A stretch of DNA of 46,532 nucleotides, from contig CAZKMQ010000001.1 of NCBI GenBank assembly GCA_964554065.1, positions 1-46,532 on the forward strand. The letters run 5' to 3'. Of this stretch, positions 24,244 through 32,951 are shown in pieces; the first letter of the stretch is position 1, and each line of letters begins with the position of its first letter. The notes beneath the pieces were generated by a model, which did not search any database, was not told the DNA's origin, and worked only from the letters and a program-made list of their open reading frames with translations. A program made the translations under genes and the position numbers. This stretch comes from an uncultured Gammaproteobacteria bacterium (GTDB taxonomy: Bacteria; Patescibacteriota; Patescibacteriia; Magasanikbacterales; JBBTQS01).

Positions 24244-25507
24244 TTGCAGCTGCGACACGCTTACCATTTCCGAGCGCACCCTCAGTCCAGGGTGCGTTCA
24301 TATAATCACCGCATAGCCAGATATTGTTTTTGCCTTGTTCGCCAGATTCCAGAAATTCATGAACGCGTGTGAGGTGACCGTGCTCAAACTTAGGCATGGC
24401 CTCCCACCATCGCTCTAGATCGTGTGGTGTTAAGTCATTTTTAGTTACCCAAGGACAAATCTTAGGGAATTCTTCTAGTACAGCCTCCCAGATTTGCTCA
24501 TCTGTGCGCTCAAGCATGTGCCTGGCATAGCCGTCATGCATCCATGTGCAAAGAAGTTGCTCACCAGAATCATTGCGCAAGTCAGCGCCTTTCATTACTT
24601 CATTAGAAATGCCTGAGAATTTAGTGTTCTCAACATATGGAATCCAGGTTATTGAAGTTTTGGGAAGTGAATCAGCTTTCACACGAAAGGCAATACTTAC
24701 AGAGCTTGCATATTTGATTTCGTCCAAGAGTCGATGCTGTTTCATTGTGCCGCTCTCTAATATGTCATTTGCAACTGTAGCTGTTGTTGCTACTACAGCC
24801 GTATCAAATGTTTCTTCAGTACCTGCAGTCACTACCACTCCAGCATTAGTGTGTTCAATTTTGGTAACAGGTGTATTAGTCTTTACGTCAAGATTCTTGG
24901 ATAATGCCGCTGGCAGCGCACTCATACCTCCAACAATACGATGCAGATTCCATCCCTTAGGGTCTTCTTTTACAGATTGAATGATCGCTTTCAGTGTTGC
25001 AACACTTACCTCAGTAGCGCGGTGAAATTGATATGCTGCAGTAAAAGGATCAACAATATAATCTGCAATCTCTTGTCCGAAGTTCTTAACTGCAAAGTCA
25101 TAGGCGTTGTCTGTATCAAGGTCAACTGCGGTTTCCAAATCACGAAAGTCAGTTCCAGATACTGTTTGTGAATAAATTTTGGCAAGCATGGCTTTACCCT
25201 TTAGTGATAAAGTTTTCGCAGGAGACTGGATTTTACCATCACGTAAAATCCCGTAAGTACAAAAATCCATTGGCATCCACTCAAGTCCAAGCTCTTCAAC
25301 ATATTCACGAATGTTTGTGTAGTTGGGTATTAAGTGCGTTGCTCCAATATCAAAAATAAGACCGTCTTTCTCGCGTGATCGCATACGACCGCCGACATCA
25401 GGTTCAGATTCGTACAAAGTAACGGTGTGACCGGCACGGTTAAGTTCGTAAGCACAAGCAAGCCCTGCTATTCCTGCGCCAATTACGGCGATGTTCTTTT
25501 TATTCAT
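24221..25507 (-). CDS. FAD-dependent amine oxidase / protoporphyrinogen oxidase-like oxidoreductase
   Basis: The 428-aa ORF has the fold 'IAVIGAGIAGLACAYELNRAGHTVTLYESEPDVGGR' and the C-terminal 'WLCGDY' FAD-contact region. It converges on the previous gene and overlaps it by 23 nt. Confidence 0.75.
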   Translation of the reverse strand: MNKKNIAVIGAGIAGLACAYELNRAGHTVTLYESEPDVGGRMRSREKDGLIFDIGATHLIPNYTNIREYVEELGLEWMPMDFCTYGILRDGKIQSPAKTLSLKGKAMLAKIYSQTVSGTDFRDLETAVDLDTDNAYDFAVKNFGQEIADYIVDPFTAAYQFHRATEVSVATLKAIIQSVKEDPKGWNLHRIVGGMSALPAALSKNLDVKTNTPVTKIEHTNAGVVVTAGTEETFDTAVVATTATVANDILESGTMKQHRLLDEIKYASSVSIAFRVKADSLPKTSITWIPYVENTKFSGISNEVMKGADLRNDSGEQLLCTWMHDGYARHMLERTDEQIWEAVLEEFPKICPWVTKNDLTPHDLERWWEAMPKFEHGHLTRVHEFLESGEQGKNNIWLCGDYMNAPWTEGALGNGKRVAAAIISQSAQ

Positions 25508-25580
25508 AATTTGTATAGTTCATGAAGATGATAGCACGTTATATGGTATAATAAAAACATAATAATTCACATTTTGATTT

Positions 25581-25973
25581 ATGTTGGAATCAATGTTCCT
25601 TGTCCAATTATTTGGACTCATTCTGTTGATTGCAGGGGTAGGCCTACTGCATCGACAAAAAACTGTAATGGCAAGTGTTACTAAGCTTGCTAAAGATGAA
25701 TTGGCAATGTTCATGTGGGGTATGATTGCCCTTGCTGCTGGACTTTCAGTAGTCTTGCACATTAATGAGTGGAATGGTGAATGGTATGAGGTGCTTATAA
25801 CGCTTCTAGGTTGGATCATGGTAATTAAAGGTGCGCTTCTTGTGCTTCTTCCAGCAAGTAGTTGGAGTGGCATAATTAAGAAGTTTAATAATCCATCAGC
25901 ATACTGGCTAAAAGGTTTAATTATGGTTGTTTTGGGATTGTATCTTTGTGCTATAGGATTTGGTTGGTCGTAG
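25581..25973 (+). CDS. Hypothetical 4-TM membrane protein
   Basis: A 130-aa ORF with four hydrophobic helices. I prefer it over the antisense ORF at 25520-25873, which has implausible composition. Confidence 0.55.
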   Translation: MLESMFLVQLFGLILLIAGVGLLHRQKTVMASVTKLAKDELAMFMWGMIALAAGLSVVLHINEWNGEWYEVLITLLGWIMVIKGALLVLLPASSWSGIIKKFNNPSAYWLKGLIMVVLGLYLCAIGFGWS

Positions 25974-25991
25974 AGTTAAATTAGAAATAAT

Positions 25992-26021
25992 AAAAAAAGA
26001 GCCGCGAAGGGCTCTTTTTTT
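25992..26021. terminator. Bidirectional rho-independent terminator
   Basis: An A-run, the stem GAGCC/GGCTC with a 6-nt loop, and a T-run. It sits between convergent genes. Confidence 0.7.
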
Positions 26022-26853
26022 ATCGTCCTTGCCTAATTTCATAAGAAAATGTTTCCGGATCAGTATTTTTTTCAGCCAAAGTATTTATTTTGAAAAATTC
26101 TTTAGCTTGTTCAAACGGCAATTCAGTGTCAATTAATCCAATATCATAGGCAAGCTCGTCAGAATAACCTGGAAGAAGTACTTTGTAGCTGAAAGGAATG
26201 CGCTCTGGTGTGATTTCATTTACATGATCAACAATGTTTGTCGTGCACGTGCTAGTAATAGTGTTGTAAAATTCAGGATTATCTTTCAAAGAGTTCATGC
26301 GTGTGAGCATGCTAACAAAGAGTTGTTGCATTTTATCTTGAGTAGTTTTGATAGGATACAAGTACACGTCATCTTTTCGATAGTTTGATCGTAGCTTAAT
26401 CGCATCTTGTTCTGACGCAGCAACGTATTGTAGTTCGTATTGACGGAATAGTCCGTTAAGTGGTGAGAAAGATTCACCTATTTCCTTGCGCACCTCTACT
26501 GATATTACAATGTATCTTTTCTGGTTTGCTTCAGTAAGGAAGCCAAAGCTTAGAAGTGTATGCGCAGGTCCTTTGTATCCAGAAAATGGTTCAACCATGA
26601 AATCAACTGAGTTCAATTCGCTTAGTTTAAATACGTCGTCATAATAACCAACTTCATAATCATCAACAGTACGGTATGTGTTATTTCGGATGTTTCGAAC
26701 TGTTATTATGTCATCGTTAAACTCAGCAAAAGTTAGTACTTTCTGATCCTTGGACCAACTGCGTGTGTTGGATGGGTTCTTTGATGAGAACCAAACACCA
26801 AAAACAATAAACAAAATAAGTAAAAGGTATAGTATATTTTTCTTCATATGCAT
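26020..26853 (-). CDS. DUF4105 (Lnb N-terminal periplasmic domain)-like protein with N-terminal anchor
   Basis: It has the N-terminal TM 'ILYLLLILFIVFGVWF'. Blocks 'GPAHTLLSFGF', 'YIVISVEVRKE', 'QYELQYVAASEQDAIKLRSNYR' and 'YNTITSTCTTNIVDHVN' resemble DUF4105 as I remember it. The start may be the second Met (26847). Confidence 0.6.
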   Translation of the reverse strand: MHMKKNILYLLLILFIVFGVWFSSKNPSNTRSWSKDQKVLTFAEFNDDIITVRNIRNNTYRTVDDYEVGYYDDVFKLSELNSVDFMVEPFSGYKGPAHTLLSFGFLTEANQKRYIVISVEVRKEIGESFSPLNGLFRQYELQYVAASEQDAIKLRSNYRKDDVYLYPIKTTQDKMQQLFVSMLTRMNSLKDNPEFYNTITSTCTTNIVDHVNEITPERIPFSYKVLLPGYSDELAYDIGLIDTELPFEQAKEFFKINTLAEKNTDPETFSYEIRQGR

Positions 26854-26879
26854 GCAGTATACATGGTATAGTAACTTAT

Positions 26880-27146
26880 ATGAAGTCCAATAAATACTGG
26901 TTCAAACCTAAAGACTACGGCTATGGTGCGCAGCCATGTTCTTGGGAGGGGTGGTTGTTAACTCTAGTCTTTGCAGTTGGTGTTGTTGCGGCAGCTTTTT
27001 TATCCGGGCTTGATGATCCTAATATTGAGTCTAAGGATCTTTACAGATTCTTTTTTTATGAGGCGTTAGTTATAATCTTGTTTATTGTTATTGCAAAACG
27101 CAAAACTAAGGAGCGATGGGGTTGGCGATGGGGTAAGAAGAAATAA
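26880..27146 (+). CDS. Small hypothetical 2-TM membrane protein
   Basis: An 88-aa ORF with two hydrophobic helices and a basic C-terminus 'KRKTKERWGWRWGKKK'. A strong terminator follows it. Confidence 0.55.
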   Translation: MKSNKYWFKPKDYGYGAQPCSWEGWLLTLVFAVGVVAAAFLSGLDDPNIESKDLYRFFFYEALVIILFIVIAKRKTKERWGWRWGKKK

Positions 27147-27153
27147 TATAATG

Positions 27154-27185
27154 AAAAACACCTCGCGTTGCGCGGGGTGTTTTTT
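27154..27185. terminator. Bidirectional rho-independent terminator
   Basis: AAAAACACCTCGCG pairs with CGCGGGGTGTTTTT, a GC-rich stem with a 3-nt loop. It has an A-run 5' and a T-run 3' and sits between convergent genes. Confidence 0.75.
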
Positions 27186-27203
27186 GGTTTGCCTGGATGA
27201 TTT

Positions 27204-28091
27204 TCAGTCCAGTTGATCTAGGCCAAAGCCGGGGAGAATGGCCGCCTGAAGCTCTTCCATTGTCATTTGATTCATTTCAAGGGCAAACGATTGGCGTGCG
27301 AGTTTGGTACGCGCCTTATCTCGTTGTCTGCAAAGTAGTTCCACGTCGTCACTGTTTCGCAATGGTGTGTAACTTGGAACACCGTCTCCACTTGGTAGCA
27401 CCGAAGCTATGACGTGCTGATCAGTATACGTTCTGATCAAACGAACTATCGGACGGATCTCTTCGATGGTTTCAGGGTCGTATCCAAGGTCATCTCGCAG
27501 GCGATCAAGTGTTTCGCGTTGCACAGGGAGGGTTGCATCCATTCCACCAACAGCAAGTAGCGCTTGATTGTCCCAGATTGCAGCAGTGTTTTCAATCATT
27601 CCACCAAGGATGTTATCGCAATATTCGTTAATTGCTACTCCAACTACAAGTGCTCCCTTCATCAGTGCTCTTACCATCTCAGTAAGCGTCTCATTGGTGA
27701 TATAGCCACCAGCTTCAGAGGAGATAACCAATGTGTATCTCATGCCAGCTGCTAGTTGTTTTACAAGTCCAACGTTCAGTATGTGATCAAAGAGCCCTCC
27801 AACTTTGACCTCAGTTACTTTCTGCGTAATTAGATTGTGTATCCCGCGGCGCATTGCAGGATAGGTATCTCCACAATCGCTTTTTGGATCATCCGTATTC
27901 CATACCATTACGTCGTAACGAGAAAATGGAGTGAGATTGCACACTCTTACGAGCTCTAGTCTAGCTAGAAGTTTTTGCACAGATTGAACGCGTAGATCTA
28001 CGTCCTTTTTTGTTCTGGCAAAACACCTTGTGACAACTCCGATGGAATTTACACTAACCCAATCATACATCTCTCCTTTATCGCGGCTCAT
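27204..28091 (-). CDS. Hypothetical protein (orphan, higher GC); weak GT-A-glycosyltransferase-like pattern
   Basis: The 295-aa ORF has AGGAG 6 nt upstream of its ATG and no TM segment. The segments 'RYTLVISSEAGGYI' and 'TAAIWDNQALLAVGGMD' loosely recall GT-A-fold transferases. I cannot assign a family. Confidence 0.6.
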   Translation of the reverse strand: MSRDKGEMYDWVSVNSIGVVTRCFARTKKDVDLRVQSVQKLLARLELVRVCNLTPFSRYDVMVWNTDDPKSDCGDTYPAMRRGIHNLITQKVTEVKVGGLFDHILNVGLVKQLAAGMRYTLVISSEAGGYITNETLTEMVRALMKGALVVGVAINEYCDNILGGMIENTAAIWDNQALLAVGGMDATLPVQRETLDRLRDDLGYDPETIEEIRPIVRLIRTYTDQHVIASVLPSGDGVPSYTPLRNSDDVELLCRQRDKARTKLARQSFALEMNQMTMEELQAAILPGFGLDQLD

Positions 28092-28210
28092 ATGAATCTC
28101 CTAGTGCTTGATGGTTTTTCCGAGAGAGGGGATTAGATTATCACTGCTATTGAAGATTGTCAATAGAATCAACTCTGTGGTACAGTTTCTCTAGATAAAA
28201 TGAAAAATAT

Positions 28211-29179
28211 ATGATGAAAGATGCTATTGAAGCTTTTGCTTCGCAGTTTAGTTTTGAACCAAAAATTGTTAATGTATTCTCATTTGAACCAAAGAAGCGG
28301 TTTATAGTTTGTGGTATGGGCGGTTCGCATTGGGCTGCAGACATTTTGTTGAGTTGGGATCCGTCACTGCCACTTATTATTCATAATGATTACGGTTTGC
28401 CAGCGCTGTCTGACGAGGAGTTGAAGGATAGCTTAATTATTTGCAGCACATACTCTGGAAATACAGAGGAAGTGCTTGATGCATACGACATTGCTCGGGA
28501 GAAAGGATTGGCAGTAGCTGCAATAAGTACAGGCGCATTGTTAATTGAAAAAGCTGAGGCTGATAAAGTGCCTTATATTGAGATTCCTACAACTGGTATT
28601 CAGCCACGAGCTGCACTTGGATACAGCATGCGTGCAATGCTCAAGTTCATGGGTAAGGATGGTGCGCTGTCTGAGATGGAAAAGTTAGCGGAAAGTTTTG
28701 ATCCAAAAAAGTTCGAGATACAAGGAAAAGAATTGGCAGATACACTCAAGGATAAGGTGCCAGTAATTTATTGCTCAAAGCGTAATTACGGTTATGGCGC
28801 AAACTGGAAAATTAAATTCAATGAGACTGGAAAAATTCCTGCGTATTACAATATTGTTCCTGAGCTAAATCATAATGAAGCAAATGGATTTGATGCTGTG
28901 GATTCTAATCGACATTTGATTAATCCATTTCACTTTATTTTTTTGAAGGACGCGGATGATCATCCTCGTAATCAAAAGCGAATGGAAGTGCTGCAAAAAT
29001 TGTATGAGGATAGGGGATTACCAGTCACAGCTATTGCACTCTCGGGTGGTAATGCATACGAAAAAATGTTCAACAATTTGATTTTGGCGGACTGGGCAGC
29101 AGTTCATACCGCAGACATTTATGGATTGGATTCTGAAAACGTGCCACTTGTTGAGGAATTTAAGAAATTGATTGCCTAA
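28211..29179 (+). CDS. Bifunctional phosphoglucose/phosphomannose isomerase (SIS domain)
   Basis: The SIS motif 'VCGMGGSHWAADIL' and 'ICSTYSGNTEE' are present. The C-terminal 'ELNHNEANGF' is typical of PGI/PMI-type isomerases. Confidence 0.82.
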   Translation: MMKDAIEAFASQFSFEPKIVNVFSFEPKKRFIVCGMGGSHWAADILLSWDPSLPLIIHNDYGLPALSDEELKDSLIICSTYSGNTEEVLDAYDIAREKGLAVAAISTGALLIEKAEADKVPYIEIPTTGIQPRAALGYSMRAMLKFMGKDGALSEMEKLAESFDPKKFEIQGKELADTLKDKVPVIYCSKRNYGYGANWKIKFNETGKIPAYYNIVPELNHNEANGFDAVDSNRHLINPFHFIFLKDADDHPRNQKRMEVLQKLYEDRGLPVTAIALSGGNAYEKMFNNLILADWAAVHTADIYGLDSENVPLVEEFKKLIA

Positions 29180-29181
29180 TC

Positions 29182-29703
29182 ATGAAGCTAAGCGCAAGAA
29201 AACAAAATTACTTGCGTCTTTTCGCGACTGCTGTTCTCTTGGTACAGTTGATTGTTTTTGTTGGGGTATTTTTGCGCGGTGCGCGTGATGTGTTCATGGT
29301 TTTAGGTGTTGCGGATTGGATTTGGGTTGCGATTTTTCTTGCCTTGGGCGGAGTATTGAGTGCGATCACTGCTAAAACACTTTATCTTGTATTTAGGACA
29401 GAGTGGGACGATAAGTTTTTAAAAAAATGGAACAAATATAAAAAACAGTACATCGTGACAACACTAGTCGTTGCGTTAATGTACTTGGTGCATGTGGAAC
29501 TTGGCTCAGTTTTATTATATGCAGGTGCGTCAATAGGTTCGTTTTTGGCAACAACCGCGCGAAACGCATATCTTGTGACTTTTGGATTCGTGTTGTCAAA
29601 AGAGTTGTTGGTATTTTTTGCCTGGATTTTCCAGTGGTATTTTGTGAATTGGATTGTGGGGTTGGTGTTGCGTTTGCATAAAAAGATCTGGAAAAATAGC
29701 TAG
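29182..29703 (+). CDS. Hypothetical multi-pass membrane protein
   Basis: A 173-aa ORF with 4-5 hydrophobic helices and no recognisable motif. Confidence 0.55.
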   Translation: MKLSARKQNYLRLFATAVLLVQLIVFVGVFLRGARDVFMVLGVADWIWVAIFLALGGVLSAITAKTLYLVFRTEWDDKFLKKWNKYKKQYIVTTLVVALMYLVHVELGSVLLYAGASIGSFLATTARNAYLVTFGFVLSKELLVFFAWIFQWYFVNWIVGLVLRLHKKIWKNS

Positions 29704-30398
29704 GACTTTTTCAAAAGTTTCAGCTCTTTCTTCGTAAGCTCGCGTGACTGCCCAACAGGCAAGCGACCAAGTTCTAGCTTTCCAATGCGCACTCGTTGCA
29801 ATGTATCAACGTCTAGTTTTATTGCACTGCACATGCGACGGATCTGGCGTTTTTTTCCTTGAGTCAAAACAATATGTATTTCGCGATCATCAGATTGCGT
29901 TATTTTTTTTGCTTTAACAATTCCATCCCCATCACCAATGTCTACGCCTTTTTTTAGTTTTTCGATGTGGTCTTTGGTAATGTCCTGTTTTGTGCGAACT
30001 AAATATTCTTTTTCGTGTTCATAGCGTGGATGGGTGAGTTTTTCTGTAAGATCGCCGTCATTTGTCAAGACCATCAGACCTGAAGAATTCTTGTCTAGGC
30101 GGCCAATGGTAAATAAGCGCTCCTTAATTTTTACTAAAGAATACACATTTTTCTCGCCTTTAAATCTTGCATTGGTTGAAACATATCCAACCGGTTTGTT
30201 TATCATGTAATATATGTTGTTTTGGATAAGTTCAATTGCCTTACCATCAACAGTAACTACATCTCCAGTTTCAACTCGATCAGTAACAGCGGCAACATTG
30301 CGATTAATGCGAACACGACCCTTGCGTATAAGGGTTTCTGCGCGGCGTCTAGAGCATATGCCGGAACTTGCAATATATTTTTGTAGGTTTTCAGCCAT
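29700..30398 (-). CDS. Pseudouridine synthase, RsuA/RluB family
   Basis: It has the N-terminal S4 domain 'LQKYIASSGICSRRRAETLIRKGRVRIN'. The catalytic motif 'GRLDKNSSGLMVLTNDG' and 'KRQIRRM' are also present. Confidence 0.88.
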   Translation of the reverse strand: MAENLQKYIASSGICSRRRAETLIRKGRVRINRNVAAVTDRVETGDVVTVDGKAIELIQNNIYYMINKPVGYVSTNARFKGEKNVYSLVKIKERLFTIGRLDKNSSGLMVLTNDGDLTEKLTHPRYEHEKEYLVRTKQDITKDHIEKLKKGVDIGDGDGIVKAKKITQSDDREIHIVLTQGKKRQIRRMCSAIKLDVDTLQRVRIGKLELGRLPVGQSRELTKKELKLLKKS

Positions 30399-30443
30399 GG
30401 TGAACTTATGGTATCATAACTGTGTAAGTTTTTATATATTAGT

Positions 30444-30701
30444 ATGAAAAAATTTGACGTTAAGGCGCTTGGCCTGTCGCTAGGTATTGTGTGGGGTTTG
30501 TCTACGCTAGTAATTGGATTAGGTGCAACATGGTTCGGTACATATGTCGACGTTGTTGAATTCATGGGTCGCGGGTACAAGGGGTTTGACGCTACAGTTG
30601 GCGGGTCGATCATTGGTGGCGCTTGGGGATTTGTAGACGCAGCAATTGGCGGATTGCTAGTTGCGTGGCTATACAATAAGTTCGCTCATAAGAAAAAATA
30701 A
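30444..30701 (+). CDS. Small Gly-rich 2-TM membrane protein
   Basis: An 85-aa ORF with two Gly/Ala-rich helices and a terminal 'KKK'. I prefer it over the Pro/Thr-rich antisense ORF at 30257-30676. Confidence 0.55.
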   Translation: MKKFDVKALGLSLGIVWGLSTLVIGLGATWFGTYVDVVEFMGRGYKGFDATVGGSIIGGAWGFVDAAIGGLLVAWLYNKFAHKKK

Positions 30702-30707
30702 AATACA

Positions 30708-30745
30708 AACCTACTGCAGCGCAATTCGCGGGCAGTAGGTTTTGG
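30708..30745. terminator. Bidirectional terminator hairpin
   Basis: AACCTACTGC (30708-30717) pairs perfectly with GCAGTAGGTT (30732-30741) and is followed by TTTGG. It sits between convergent genes. Confidence 0.65.
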
Positions 30746-31099
30746 TTATAGGTTAAGCAATCCAGCGATGGTGTCGGTGAGTTCAGTTGACTCCTGCAGT
30801 CGTTGGATTGTTTTTTTTCGTCGCAGACGTGCTTGGCTCATCATGATAAATCGTTTTATGGCAAAACTGTATGGGGTAATTACACCACGGCCAAGATTCA
30901 CCTCAAGAACTGATTGCAGCCAAGTGGTTAGTGCTGTTTCAACTTCATCACTTAGATAGATATAAGCGTATTGATCAACAAAAGGGCTGCACTTGAATAA
31001 GCGATATAAAGTCTTTTTAGATCCACGAACACTCATAAGTACCATCAGGCTGTCGCCATCGTGTTGTGGGGGTAGTAATCCAAAGCAAAACGCAGACAT
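30746..31099 (-). CDS. Hypothetical protein
   Basis: The 117-aa product starts at the ATG preceded by AAGGAG plus a 7-nt spacer ('MSAFCFGLLPP...'). I recognise no family. Confidence 0.5.
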   Translation of the reverse strand: MSAFCFGLLPPQHDGDSLMVLMSVRGSKKTLYRLFKCSPFVDQYAYIYLSDEVETALTTWLQSVLEVNLGRGVITPYSFAIKRFIMMSQARLRRKKTIQRLQESTELTDTIAGLLNL

Positions 31100-31198
31100 T
31101 TCTTCGCTCCTTGATAAAAATATCAGATTATAGTATTGTATAGCCAAATAAAGTCTAGGTCAATATAAAATTGTTAATACTAACTGCATACATTGTGT

Positions 31199-32101
31199 AT
31201 GAAATCCATTGCCATAATAGGGGCAGGTGAGTTCGGGCAAGCGCTCGGCTATCTACTAGAAAAAGCTGGGCAGAAAATTCAATATTGGGACGTTGATCCA
31301 TCAAAGTTAGATCATGCGCTTTCGTGCGAGCAAGTTGCTGCACAGGCGGATGTTATTTTTTTTGCGGTGCCATCTTGGTGTTTGCGAGATTGTATGCAAG
31401 ATGCGCTTTTGTCTGTGTCTCCGCATACGGTTTTGGTTTCAGTTGCCAAAGGTGTTGAGCGAGAAACAAATGCAACAACTGAACAAATTTTTGAACAGGT
31501 CGCTGGAAAAATGGAGCGAGTTGTTTTTTTGAGTGGTCCAATGCTTGCTGAGGAGATTGTTGAAGATAAGCCAACAAGCTGCACCTTAGCAAGTGTGAGT
31601 AGTGATTCAACACAAGTAGTCGCTGATTTATTTGAAGGTAGTGGGCTGCGTGTTGAACAAACCGATGATGTGCGCGGTGTGGTTCTTTGTGGAGTGATTA
31701 AGAATATCTACACAATTTGTATTGGTATGGCAGCAGGACTTGAGTTAGGAGATAATGCTCGCGGACAACTTATTGTACATGCCATGCATGAGATGGCACA
31801 TATGGTAAAGCACCTTGGCGGAAAGTATACTACAGTACTTGGTCCAGCTGGTCTTGGTGACCTTGTTGCAACAAGTTCTGGAATGTTCTCGCGCAACTTT
31901 AGCTATGGTCATGCACTAGTTACCAATCCAGAAAATGTTGGAAGCGCAGAAGGTGCAGCATCGTACGAACAAGTAGTTGAATTACTTGGTTATCACGCTA
32001 GACAGTACCCGTTATTTTCTGCTATAGTTCCGGTACTCAAAGGGTTAGTTCCTCCAGAGGAATTTTTCAAAGATTACTTTACTAATGGAAAAAATATATG
32101 A
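31199..32101 (+). CDS. gpsA: NAD(P)H-dependent glycerol-3-phosphate dehydrogenase
   Basis: It has the Rossmann motif 'IAIIGAGEFGQALG' and 'GVIKNIYTICIGMAAGLELGDNA'. I chose the ATG at 31199 ('MKSIAIIG'). Confidence 0.82.
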   Translation: MKSIAIIGAGEFGQALGYLLEKAGQKIQYWDVDPSKLDHALSCEQVAAQADVIFFAVPSWCLRDCMQDALLSVSPHTVLVSVAKGVERETNATTEQIFEQVAGKMERVVFLSGPMLAEEIVEDKPTSCTLASVSSDSTQVVADLFEGSGLRVEQTDDVRGVVLCGVIKNIYTICIGMAAGLELGDNARGQLIVHAMHEMAHMVKHLGGKYTTVLGPAGLGDLVATSSGMFSRNFSYGHALVTNPENVGSAEGAASYEQVVELLGYHARQYPLFSAIVPVLKGLVPPEEFFKDYFTNGKNI

Positions 32102-32334
32102 GTGTAACAGTTTATTCAACACCAACATGTCCATACTGCAAAATGGCAAAAGAGTACTTTGATGAGAAAAATGTGAAGTATAAAGACATTGATGTTTCTG
32201 AAGATCAAAAAGCCGCAGAAGTTATGGTAAAAAAATCAGGACAAATGGGTGTGCCAGTCATTGAAATTGGGAAAGAAGTGTTGGTTGGGTTTGATCAAGC
32301 GGCGATTGACGAGGCACTTGCAAAGTTGAAATAA
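32098..32334 (+). CDS. Glutaredoxin-like protein (NrdH/YruB type)
   Basis: The 78-aa ORF has the active site 'TPTCPYCKMAK' and 'GVPVIEIG'. Its start overlaps the gpsA stop as ATGA. Confidence 0.85.
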   Translation: MSVTVYSTPTCPYCKMAKEYFDEKNVKYKDIDVSEDQKAAEVMVKKSGQMGVPVIEIGKEVLVGFDQAAIDEALAKLK

Positions 32335-32335
32335 T

Positions 32336-32947
32336 ATGCCATTTGAACCAAAACCGTATAATCCAAAAAAAGCACCAAAGGGCCTGTCCCAAGACGCAAT
32401 CAATATTCATCATGACACGCTGTATGCTGGATATGTTAAGAAATCCAATGAAATAGGGGAGAAGTTGGGTGAGTTTGCTAAGGGTGAAAAGCCATTAGAT
32501 TCTGCCAACCAAACCTATTCTGAGTTGCGCGGATTAAAAGAAGGGGAGACATTTGCAAGAAATGGCATGTACCTGCATGAATGGTATTTTGACGTGCTTG
32601 GTGGTGAGGGAATCCCAGAAGGGTCGCTAGCCGACGCACTAGCTGCACAGTATGGTAGCACGGAAGGTTTTCTAAAATATTTCAAAGCAAATGGAATGGT
32701 TGCACGTGGGTGGACCGTTCTGTGTTGGGATATAAAATCTAAGGCATTGCAAATTTACATTGGTGATGCGCACAATCAAGGTGGTGTGTGGGGTGCGATT
32801 CCAATTATTGTGATGGATGTTTATGAGCATGCGTATTTTATGGATTATGGTTCTAAGCGCGGTGCATACATTGATGATTACTTGGTAAGCCTTGATTGGG
32901 AAAAGGCAAATGAATTATACGAAAAAGCAAAACAAATAACAGATTAA
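32336..32947 (+). CDS. Fe/Mn superoxide dismutase family protein (divergent)
   Basis: It contains 'INIHHDTLYAGYV', 'LHEWYFDVL' and 'DVYEHAYFMDY'. These match the positions of the His/His/Asp/His metal ligands. The motifs deviate from the canonical 'HHxKHH' and 'DxWEHAYY'. Confidence 0.82.
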   Translation: MPFEPKPYNPKKAPKGLSQDAINIHHDTLYAGYVKKSNEIGEKLGEFAKGEKPLDSANQTYSELRGLKEGETFARNGMYLHEWYFDVLGGEGIPEGSLADALAAQYGSTEGFLKYFKANGMVARGWTVLCWDIKSKALQIYIGDAHNQGGVWGAIPIIVMDVYEHAYFMDYGSKRGAYIDDYLVSLDWEKANELYEKAKQITD

Positions 32948-32951
32948 TCTT

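Noticed and set aside
25520-25873. A 117-aa minus-strand ORF overlapping the 4-TM membrane gene
   Set aside because: The plus-strand ORF gives four regular hydrophobic helices and is followed by a strong terminator. The minus-strand product has Ser/Pro/Thr-rich shadow composition.
30257-30676. A 139-aa minus-strand ORF overlapping the rluB-like start and the small Gly-rich membrane gene
   Set aside because: Its Pro/Thr/Ala-rich sequence is the complement of Gly-rich codons. The plus-strand 85-aa ORF has two clean TM helices and is followed by a terminator.
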